Below are positions 12,966 to 23,466 of a stretch of 52,998 nt of DNA, in pieces; positions within the stretch are counted from its first letter, which is position 1, and each line of letters begins with the position of its first letter. The DNA is taken from positions 1 through 52,998 of the forward strand of contig JALMLS010000021.1 in NCBI GenBank assembly GCA_038496445.1. The letters are read 5' to 3'. This stretch comes from Trichosphaerium sp. ATCC 40318. Taxonomy: Eukaryota > Protista > Tubulinea. The translations under genes and the position numbers were made by a program. The notes under the pieces were generated by a model, which was given only the letters and a program-made list of their open reading frames with translations, ran no database searches and was not told the DNA's origin.

Positions 12966-14168
12966 TTATTGTCTGCACTGTGCTAGCACCTTGATGCCGT
13001 TGTTTGATTTACAATACGATAGATTAATAGATTGGGAACCCATCAATGCCTCTATAGCCTCGTCTGTAATCGATTTACAATAAGATAGATCAATAAAGTG
13101 GGCACCCACAAGCGCCTTTATGCCCGCATCTGTAATGGCTTGGCAATTGGACAGATCAATTCTGTGTACTCCTGTCAATGCCTTGACACCTTCATCTGTT
13201 ATAGATTGGCAATTAGATAGCTTGATAGTGTGTGCTCCAGCCAACGCCTTCACAGCTTTATCGGTTACCGTTGTAGATGATAAAGTGATATTGTGAACAC
13301 CTGCCAAAGCCATTACACCCTCATCAGTCATTGATTTACAATTACGCAGTTTGATAGTGTGTACACCTCTCAATGCCTTCAAACCCTCATCTGTTACTAG
13401 TGTGAATGATAAATTAATAGCGTGTGCACCTGCCAACGCCTTGATACCTTTGTCTGTTATTGATTGGCAATTAGATAGATCAATATTGTGTACACCAGCC
13501 AAAGCCTTGACACCCTCATCAGTTATTAATTTACAATTACGCAGTTTGATAGTGTGTACACCTCTCAATGCCTTCAAACCCTCATCTGTTACTAGTGTGA
13601 ATGATAAATTAATAGCGTGTGCACCTGCCAACGCCTTGATACCTTCATCTGATATTGTATGACAATTCCTTAGCTTGATAGTGTGTACACCTGTCATTGC
13701 CTTTACGCCTTCATCTGTAATTGATTTCCAATAAGATAGATCAATAGTGTGTACTCCTGCCAATGCCTTGATACTCTCATCTGTCAATGTTTGGCAATTA
13801 GATAGGTTGATATTGTGTACTCCAGCCAACGCCTTGATACCTTCGTCTGTTATTGATTTGCATCCCATTAGGTTGATAGTGTGTACTCCAGCAAGTAATT
13901 GCAGATGACAATTCATCACATCACTGAATTCGTACAAAGAAAGGGCGGTATTCTTCAGTAAAGGACTTCCTGAAAGGGTTTTCACTTCGGATTCTGTTTT
14001 AACAACTATTTCATTGTATCCGACATGGTTGTGGACGATATCTCGTAATAAGCGGCATGTTTGGGCTGATCGGAGAGTAAATGTCCCTTGTTTGAGAATA
14101 TGAGCTATTACTTCAACTGGAAGTGCTACAAGCTCAGTTTTCGTCGTTTTTGTGTGTTGTTCAGCCAT
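12966..14168 (-). CDS. Intronless F-box-like + leucine-rich repeat protein (~13 repeats of 23-24 aa)
   Basis: 400-aa ORF. N-term LVALPVEVIAHIL...SAQTCRLLRDIV is F-box-like. Repeats follow VHTIxLSNCxxITDEGIKALAG. Confidence 0.9.
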   Translation of the reverse strand: MAEQHTKTTKTELVALPVEVIAHILKQGTFTLRSAQTCRLLRDIVHNHVGYNEIVVKTESEVKTLSGSPLLKNTALSLYEFSDVMNCHLQLLAGVHTINLMGCKSITDEGIKALAGVHNINLSNCQTLTDESIKALAGVHTIDLSYWKSITDEGVKAMTGVHTIKLRNCHTISDEGIKALAGAHAINLSFTLVTDEGLKALRGVHTIKLRNCKLITDEGVKALAGVHNIDLSNCQSITDKGIKALAGAHAINLSFTLVTDEGLKALRGVHTIKLRNCKSMTDEGVMALAGVHNITLSSTTVTDKAVKALAGAHTIKLSNCQSITDEGVKALTGVHRIDLSNCQAITDAGIKALVGAHFIDLSYCKSITDEAIEALMGSQSINLSYCKSNNGIKVLAQCRQ

Positions 14169-14452
14169 TTCGTTAAAGATATTGCGTACAGAACCGTAGA
14201 GAGAGTTTGCTACTGCTATGAATGGTTGTAGACTATTCAGTTGTAGCCAGACAAATTAACCTTTGAAATCTGACGAAATTCGTATTAAGTTTACTTCAGT
14301 GCACTTAAGTTGTGAAACAAGTGTCACACTTTCTGCGATTTTCAAGTGTATTCATACAACGACAGGGAAGCTCTTGGAAAGATTGTATTAAGCCCAGACT
14401 GGTATCTACAATGACAGAGAAAATGGAAGGTTAAAGTCATCTGTTATGGGAT

Positions 14453-16617
14453 TAGTGATGTTAAACGACTGAAGTCAAGTCGAGTCGAGTCGACTGACTC
14501 GCCAAGTCTACTCAAAATTTTTGGTATCGGCTGACTTGGCGACTTGGAAATGCCTCAATTTCAGAAAAAATTAAGAAAAATACAGCACCTAAGCACTTTG
14601 GTGGCATCACATTGGTGTGTCACGTTACCGCTTGCTCTATGTTGGTGCTGTGGCGCTTGTAGCGTATTCTCACAAAAAACTCATTTTTGTTTTCAAATAG
14701 AATTTTGAAAAGCTCAAAGGCAGTACCCTTTGAAGTTCAAGTCGCCAAGTCAGTCGTAAGTCGATTTTTTTGGGCGATGAGTATCCCTCATAAAGGGTGA
14801 GTCGCACTCAGATCTATTTTTAACCCTGACAGAAGCTAATTCAACCTGACTCACCATGCACAATCAACCACAATGAGCCCCAAAGTCAGTGTTGTCAAGT
14901 GTTGTAGATTGAAAGTGTGAAAATAAACTAATACATCTGGTGACTCATGACTCAACGTTGATTTTAACCCCGACTCGGGCATGTGACTGAACTAGAGTTG
15001 ACTCACCCACAGTACACCTAACACTGTATGAGTACAACCGGTGCACTGAGTCGCACTGGACACATGTTTTAACCCTGTAATTTGAAAGTGTGAAAATAAA
15101 CTAAAACATCTGGTGACTCATGACTCAACACATGTTTTAACCCCGACTCAACACATGTTTTTACCCCGAATCAGGCGTGTGACTGAACTAGAGTTGACTC
15201 ACCACAGTGAACCTAGTGCTGTATGAGTACCATCGGTGCACTGAGTCGTACTGGACACATGTTTTAACCCTGTAATTTGAAAGTGTGAAAATAAACTAAA
15301 ACATGTGTTGACTCATGACTCGACATTGATTTTAACCCTGACTTGGGCATATGACTGAACTAGAGTTGACTCACCACAGTGAACCCAACACTTTATGAGT
15401 ATAACCGGTGCACTGAGTCGCACTGGACACAAGTTTTAACCCCATAACAAAGTCGAGTGAACAAAAAGGTACTTTCGCTTGTGACTCGCAAAAAAATGGG
15501 AAGGTGGGCCTTACAGTGGCCATTCTGCGCCTTCTTATAACCTCGAGAGTTGCTGAGTCGACGTTCTGTGCGAGTGACCTCCGGTCGGGGTTAAAATTGC
15601 TCCTGAGTCCTACTCACACGCTCAATAGTGACTTGACGCTCGGATCACGCTGTTGACTCGACACATTCAAAAAAAAAAAATTGATATTCACCACAAAACA
15701 CGTGATTTACAATTCTTTGTTCTGTTTACTTACTATGTGTTTTTAGCGCGGTTGTTGTAAAAAAACACATGCTTTTATTAATGACAACTCGGGCATGTGA
15801 CTCAAGTTTTGTCATACAGGGATGGTGATAATATGACTTGAGGGTTCTGTCGGGGCTAAAAAGGTGCTCGAGTCGTGAGTGGTTTTTTTTTGTTCATTTA
15901 ACATTATGACTCCATGTCTGCCGGGGGTAAAAGTGGTGCCGAGTCAGACTCAACTATTTGAGTTGTAGCTGACTAAGGTTAAAGAGCGGGATCTCGTCAC
16001 AAAGGAGGTGTTTTTTTTTATAACACGTGACTAGTGTACATTTTACACTTGTGTCAGTCTTCACTATGACTAGGGCTTGGTGTCGAGTCATGAGTCAGTA
16101 CGCTTATTACTCCATGTATGTCAGGGGTAAAACCATGCTCAAGTCCTGAGTCAGTATGCACTATGACTCGGGTAAAAATGGTGCCGAGTCGTACTCAACT
16201 GTTCAAGGGGGTAAAAATGGTGCCGACTATTTGAGTTGTAACTGACTAAGGTTAAGAGTGGGATCAAGTCACAAAGGAGGTTTTTTGTTAACATGAGTGT
16301 ACACTTAACACTTTGGGACACTTGCGTCAGGTAAAAACATGCTCAAGTCACGAGTCAGTACGCGTTATGACTCCATGTCTGTTGGGGTAAAAATGGTGCT
16401 GAGTCGTACTCAGCAATTTGAGTTGGAACAGTGATAAGGTTAAAGAACAGGATAAAGTTGCAAGTGGGTTTTTATTAGGTGTACTTTTCACATGGTGACT
16501 AATGTGTGTCAGGGGTAAAAATGGGTGTTAGTCGTTACTCAACAATATTTACAATGGTACTATTTTTTTTGGGCGACTGAGTCGAGTCAGTCGAAAGTCG
16601 ACTCTTTAACACCACTA
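14453..16617. mobile_element. Non-autonomous hAT-like DNA transposon, 2165 bp
   Basis: 13-bp TIRs TAGTGATGTTAAA (14453-14465) and TTTAACACCACTA (16605-16617), one mismatch. Perfect 8-bp direct repeat TATGGGAT at 14445-14452 and 16618-16625. Dense subterminal GACTC/GAGTC motifs and no transposase ORF. Confidence 0.9.
14910..15445 (+). repeat. Internal ~173-195 bp tandem repeat (3 copies) within the hAT-like element
   Basis: tgaaagtgtgaaaataaactaa at 14910, 15083 and 15278, each followed by gactcatgactc...ttttaaccc...gactgaactagagttgactcacc...ggtgcactgagtcg. Confidence 0.9.
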
Positions 16618-16727
16618 TATGGGATGCTTTGTTGGCAGTGTAAAGTAAAAAAAAAGAGTGGACCTATTCAAATAAAACCCTTGCACGAAAGTGATTATGT
16701 ACACAGTTTTTTTATTTTTGAGTATAT

Positions 16728-17496
16728 TTACAAGATACGACACTTTTTATATTTCTTGCTCTTTTTTTTCTTTGAAAGTAAAACGCTCATCGCTATGCCT
16801 TTAAAAATATCTTCTACACTGTTAAAGTCATTTTTTGCTGAACATTCCATGTGTGCTACTGCGCCCAGCTTTTTAGCAACTGATTGTGCTTCTTGTGTAG
16901 ATACTCCATCAGGCGTAATATGTTTCAAGTCTGACTTTGTTCCTACTAAGATAAAAGGAACATCAGGAGCATGATGTGTAATTTCTGGAATCCATTTTGT
17001 TTTAACATTTGATAATGACTTCTTATTATCACACGAATAACAAACTAGGAAAATCCCAGCATCGGCATATGAAAGTGGTCTTAGTTTATCATATTTTTCT
17101 TGCCTAAAAAACACTGGTTAGCTCAACAATCATTGAACAACAATGTTTTTTTTTTTTGGTGCAGAATTTAAAACATGTCACATACCCCGTTGTATCCCAA
17201 AGTGTCAAAGTTATTTTCTTTCCAGTCGATGTTTCAAAAGTACATGCAAAATTATCACTAAAGAAAATATAAGTAATTGCTTCATGCTTCATAACACGTG
17301 GTCAAAAGGATGAGTAAAAGTGAAGCACTTACAATACTGTCTCTGTGGCTTCAAGGTAATTTCCATTTGTGTATGTTTGTAGCAAAGCCCTTCAAAAAGA
17401 AGTGAGAAAAAGCGCCTGTCGCTAGTACTTTGGATCTTACCTTTTCCCTACAGCTCTGTCTCCAACTACAACTACTTTAGCTTCTATTGCTGTCAT
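16728..17496 (-). CDS. Rho/Rac-family small GTPase, atypical, 4 exons, CAAX terminus
   Basis: MTAIEAKVVVVGDRAVGK|R ALLQTYTNG..ETVF|DNF..LTLWDTTG|QEKYDKLRPLSY..LVGTKSD..ECSAK..KKKKSKKYKKCRIL*. Confidence 0.92.
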
Positions 17497-18412
17497 GTTA
17501 TTCTTGTTGGTGTTTGTTTATTTTGATTTCTTTTTTGTATTGCTTTTTATCTTAACGCTTTCAGTTTCGCAAACACAAAACCGAAACGGTTCGAATTGGC
17601 TTCAGTGAAAAACCCCAAAATACTCCTTGAAACCCGACTTGTATTACCAGCATGACAAAATATGATGAGGTAACCTATGCTGCCAAGAGCACTTTAATAT
17701 TATTTTAGAACGAATAAATTTGGTACAAAGGTGTCCAAAAAGTTCGAACAAGTTCGAAAAAAACAGTTCGAAAAAATTACAGACTACCTAACAGGCGGTT
17801 CACTTTCTACCAGGACCCGCTTGAGGACTCGCTCCAGTTCGCAAGAACCCTGTATTGATTCACAAATTGTTAGCTGTGTACAAGAACAATTTCTGAATTT
17901 AGGCTTATTCTAGAAAACACGTGATTTTTGCAGTTCGAACGACGAGTACGAAAACTGTTCGAAAAATTCAGACAGCATTCGTTTTCACCCTCTAGTTGTC
18001 AATCATTGTTTTGACCAAAAAGAAAAAGATTGGAGTTTTTTTTGAAAACCATCGCAAGCACATAAACACGTGATCAATGAAACAAGCACCAGGACGGTTC
18101 TGTTGTACTCATCAGTCATTTAATAGTTATTTTCACTGATAAACATAAGTCAGATCCTCAGGCGTGTCATTTCTGTTAAAGAAATTGGTTAAATTAAGTC
18201 AGAGGTACACTAAGTGTACCTCTGACCACCATAATTAGCGGGTTTATAGCTGTTAACGTATATATCTGGTATGTACATCAAATAAGCTACAATTGCGAGC
18301 GAATTCATTGTAATAATTTAGTAATGTTCTCTAGGCGTACTGCACAGTGTGAAAAAGCCCAAAAACGCATTGTTGTAGTAAATGGTGTAATTTCCATTGA
18401 AACTAGTAAACA

Positions 18413-21400
18413 ATGTTCAACGACACAGCGAAGCACTTCTACGGAAGTACTACTGCGTATACGCTTATTTGGTTCATTTTGCTCTTTGGAAGGCTTCAAT
18501 GTCAAGAAAATGACCCCGCAGGTGGTTTTACCGCGTATGATAACTCTTTTGCGCATTTATCCGCTTGTAGTAGTTTACTTTCACAGAAACTTACTGTTGG
18601 GTACATACGATTTCACCTAACAACTCTCTCAATGCGTACAACACAAATTACTGACTTTTTTTTCTTCGGTGTTACAGGTTTTTCAATGATTCGGATTCTC
18701 ATTCTTCTGTTTCTCTCACGTGTAATGCAACCGCACCAATACGTGATATAGCAGTATATGGATCACAAGTATTTATGATCCAAGATTCACGTGATATAGC
18801 TGTATACACGTTCAACACTACGCACGTGTCTAAAACAGCTACTTTGTTTATTTACCCAGTATGTTGTTTTTTTCTTATTTCTTTCCGTTCCGCTTTCTGT
18901 ACTACGAAAAAAGTGGTATTTGTGTAGTACTACGTTATGTTATCAGTCTTTTTGGACACTACGTATTGATTGTTCTTTTTAAAGGTGCATGGCCAGTTAA
19001 GAAATAAAATTGCTGCAAAGTACTCTACACTTGTCGTAAGCACTGAGAATGAAATGATTGTTTATAATACTACAGACTTAACTGCTATGCCATTAAGAAA
19101 CGTTTTTATGAAAACTTCACAGTTTGTAAAAACAGAACCTATCATATGGCACATAGGACTCGATGGTAAAAGAATAATGGTACTTCCAAGTTCTGGAAAA
19201 AAAACAAAAAAAGAAATTATTAGCCAAGCAAGTTTCCTCTGTACCAAATGACATAACAGAGACAGACATCGGCAGTTTTTTATCGCATTGCCAAAGGTTT
19301 GATTCTCATCTTTTCTCAGAATGGGATCTAATCAAGATCTTTTGAAGCGAAGGAACAAAGAGTCCTCAAAACTACTTCTTTTCTTATTAGTTGTCTTCAA
19401 TCATAACTTACTCTATTTGCAGGCTGTATGGCCCGATGGTGTTTTAACATCGTTGGTATTTAATGATACATTAACAGTTAGTGTTATTGGGGAAGAAGAA
19501 GGTAGAATCCTAGATTGTATCGTTGATAAACCTTATCAAGTAAGGTGGTTTACAAAACGTGAAGGTGCAGTGTATCTAGAACAATTGTATATTGGGTTTG
19601 ATTTAGCAGTGCAAGGTGAACATGGCGGTTATGTTTTAGGTAATTGTGGTAGCAATAAAACACGCAAGTGTTTGTATGTCTTAACAAAGGATAAAAATGG
19701 GTTTGTGTACTTAAAGAAGGTATTTGTTATGTACTTGTTTTTTTTTAATTTCTTTGTTAGATAGACAATGGAACAGTTCGTATTGTTGCTCCAACTGTTT
19801 ATTATGATAGTATAGAGGTTATTTACAGGAAAAAATTTTTGAGGATTTTTCACGCCAAAGATGGGTTACATGTTTATACAGAAAATAATTTTAGTGTTGT
19901 TCAAAATCACCTTTGGAAAGTGCCTGTGCCAAAAGGACATCAACACACACCTCTAAATCTTATTCCGTGTAATCCTGGTACTTATAAAGATACAACAGAT
20001 ATTGGACCATGTATTTTATGCCCTTATGGAACTCATCAGCCTAACCATGGTACAACAAACAAATCTTTTCTTTTTTGGATTTTAAACTTACCTTCGTTAG
20101 GTTCTGAGTCATGTATACCCTGTAAATATCCTGATGAATGTAGAGGGGGAGCAAGAATACCATCAAAGCTCTCCAAGGGCAACCCATCGTCGTTTTATCC
20201 TTTCAAACCAACGTTTCAAGCATCTTCCCAACAGCAATTTCTGAGGATTATTGGACACCCAGATTCTGTTGTGTTCTTCTCATTAACAATCACTCTCGTA
20301 ATTGCTTTGCTTGCTATTGGTATTACTTCATCTATACTAATTTTATGCGGTTGCGAAAACTTTTTTGCTGTAAGACTATTATGTGCTATTGATATATCAA
20401 AGCAACTCGTTCTTCATACCTCACCTGTTTGGAAAGGTGATATTTTTGGCGGATTGGTTACTCTTGCCATAGTAGGCATGTGCTTGCTTGCTATTAGTGC
20501 TGAGACACACATTTATTATACATACAAAGCAACGCCTTTTGATATGAATAGTACAATTCACAAAGGAGTAAATGCAAAAAGATCAAGAACACTTAGAAAC
20601 CCTCAAGCGGGATTTATTGATGATACAACAATGGAACACTATGAAAACCTACAACAGTAAGAGTGTTGTTTGATAAATACTAAATTCTACATCATGGCTT
20701 ATTCCTCTATTTTAGAACAACACTATTTTTAAATATCACGTGGTACGTTTAATTCCAACAATCTTTCTCATCTCTTGCCTTCTAGGAGTGACTTGTTTAT
20801 TTTTGTTCCTGGTTGCGCTATTCAAGTGTTTAGTACTGATGACTTACTCAATGTCAAAACGTATTCACTTAACAACACACAAAGGTATTACCAAATTCTA
20901 TTGTTTATCCTATTTTTAGTTTTAACTACTTTGTTAGTGTAGTTATCGAAGCAAAACTTCAAACGTCCTATGTAATTCAGTTGATAGCATGTCCAGCATC
21001 ATATAATGCAATTTCACTTAGAGCGTATACAAACTTGACTCACCGTACTTGTTTTTTTTGACCAGATTTGTTTTTGGTTCTAATAATGGGTTTTCTTAGC
21101 AACATCTGTCGAAGTACATATGCCTTCAAAAGGCCAATACCTTCCTTACCAAGATCACTCTATTGATATTATAACGACAGCAGTAATTAGAAATACACAA
21201 GGATATACTGCATCACGTGTAGATGGTGAGCATGAAAACTTTAAAAGAAATTTTGATGTTTTTTACTAGTTTTGATTGACGTTCTCGTAGAGTATTTAGG
21301 ATTGATTGCAAAGCGTTTTAAGTCACAAGGAAAGAGAATGGAATGTTGCAACGATACAGAAATTTATGCTTTTAACAATAATATAATGGAGTCTCAGTAA

Positions 21401-21718
21401 GTTTTTGTTTGTGATGTTTTTTTCTCTTCTTTCTCTTGTTCTTAACTCTTGTTGTTAGTTTGACAATTAATATTGTTGGTAACAGCGCTCTTTATGATGA
21501 ACAAGATAGTGTATACTTTACACGTGTTGGACTATTATCAGCTATACTTGTCATATTTACTGTTGTATTCAACACAGGCATAGTATTGAACATGGTAGAG
21601 AAGAAAATTAAGTTTCTTACTTGCCAGTGTATAAAAAACAAAAGAAAACAGGTATAGGAGAACATGTACGTTCAAGAGATATTTCTCATTTGCAACATAG
21701 TATGAACAAGTGAATTGA
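18413..21718 (+). CDS. Multi-exon signal-peptide membrane protein with Cys-rich (GCC2/GCC3, ephrin-receptor-like) module and several TM helices
   Basis: Hydrophobic N-term AYTLIWFILLFGRLQC and CNPGTYKDTTDIGPCILCPYGTHQPNHG-SESCIPC. TM segments at ~20270-20350, ~20440-20500 and ~21525-21590. Confidence 0.65.
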
Positions 21719-21917
21719 TTGATGAAAAATCTAAGCTAACTGGCCAGTCATCCTTAAACATGCAATGACTGCTAGACTGTAGGTTTTTGAGGTATTATGC
21801 TCACTACGCTATATGTTGGTATAGCCTATGTTTTATTACATGGTCCTTGAACACACGAAATAAACAACTTTAAAACAATATTAGTGGTTTTTTTTTACAG
21901 TCCGTATTTGAAGAGTC

Positions 21918-22289
21918 TTAAAATGTCAACCAACCTTCCATGAATGCCTCACTCAATAAAGTGCATAGTTCTTGAATATCAGATATCAAACAGGCTTTAA
22001 TGATACGAAATCTTGTTCGTGCTAGCAAGTCATTGTTCCTAAACCAAGTTGGTATTGCTTTGATGAATTGATTACGTGCTCGCACAGTTTTTTCTCCACT
22101 ATGTTCTATGAATTTCATGACCTCTTCAGGTTTGATTGGTGTGTTCCACGATGCATTATAGTTCGGATTGGTTGTTTGGAATTGTGCAACAAGTTGTTTC
22201 CGCTTTTCTTCACATGGTAAAACACGTGATTCCAAATGTTTTTTTTTTTTACAAAACCGTACATAGACTTGTTTTGTAGGTGAGCACAC
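21918..22289 (-). CDS. Hypothetical coding exon, gene structure unresolved
   Basis: 123-aa ORF with protein-like composition (..NASWNTPIKPEEVMKFIEH..). No recognised domain. Confidence 0.35.
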   Translation of the reverse strand: MCSPTKQVYVRFCKKKKHLESRVLPCEEKRKQLVAQFQTTNPNYNASWNTPIKPEEVMKFIEHSGEKTVRARNQFIKAIPTWFRNNDLLARTRFRIIKACLISDIQELCTLLSEAFMEGWLTF

Positions 22290-23466
22290 TGTTAGATTGA
22301 ATGCGTGGCACTGCGTTTTGGAGTCGTAGCCATCCCCAGAAGCTCTTTAGGATCCAAACCGTTTTTTGGAGTTTAACTCCAGGTTTTTTTGTGGACGTTA
22401 GATCAGACCTGTGCCAATCAATCAGCGGAGACGATCTTGGGAGGAGAGGAACACATCTGTCCCTGACAGATAGCTCTAGCGCAGAGCGAGCGTGTGTGGT
22501 TTATTTACAAAAAATACACGGTCGCGAAATGTAAAATACAGTTTTCGAAAATAAATTTAGTTTTGAGAAAAGTTCTCCAAATTATTAAGGGTGCGGTGGG
22601 AGGGTGATTTCTGCTTGCTATCCTGAGTTGGTCTTGTTGGTCACAATTTGATAGTCAAGTTCGTTCTGACCAAACGTCTGAAATGTCTTTCATGTTCAGT
22701 CATTTAGGCATTTCCTGGTGCTCAAGCTCCACAGATGACGTCTCAGCCTACGATTGCGACCTGTAGAGACAGATTTCGGCGTGTATCCGTACCATGGAGC
22801 ATGAAACGGACGGAAAACCATCATCCCAGATCTTTGCGTTGTTATTAGGAAGAACCGCAAAAAGGTGCATCATCTCTTCCCTGCGAGTTGCTCATTGTAT
22901 GATAGCGAATACGTAACATCTAAAAGCAGCAGGTGAAACCAGCATAGATAGAAAAACAAAATAAAGCGAATAATCTCCACGTGGAATAAACAACAACATG
23001 TTTTTACAACCGAAAAGATACGACAGCACAACATTCTTTTATTTTGGCGTACGGTTCTCGTTATAATGATAATTCTGTCTGGTTACAATAACGACATTAT
23101 GAATATCCTTTGTGCTTGCTATCGGGGTAAAAAATAGCCCGCAAAAGAGTATTCGCCACTTTCAAGCAACAAAGTTGAGCGAGGGTATTCGCTACTATTT
23201 GGTGAAAACCCGTGTTTAGATGATGGTACCTGGCCTGTTTTGTCACCAGGTTGTAACTCCGATTACTTAAATAAATGAAGGTCTCCAAGTGGTTAAAAAA
23301 ACTATTGTACAGGCAATCGCGTTCTTGTAGCGAATCAGATAATAAAAAAAACCACAAAACCAGAACCGCAACACAAATTACAATAACACTTCACTGAAAA
23401 ATCTCATGTATCAAGTAACACCGACTTAATACTGCTTTGTGATAACCTCAAGAGTGACAACACGTC

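Noticed and set aside
13351-13662. Plus-strand ORF inside the LRR gene, and the small overlapping ORFs inside the MORN gene (47048-48157)
   Set aside because: Shadow or alternate-frame ORFs produced by repetitive coding sequence.
14815-16525. Telomere-like TTTTAACCC / GGGGTAAAA motifs
   Set aside because: They are dispersed rather than tandem, and confined inside a TIR/TSD-bounded element. Better explained as transposon subterminal motifs.
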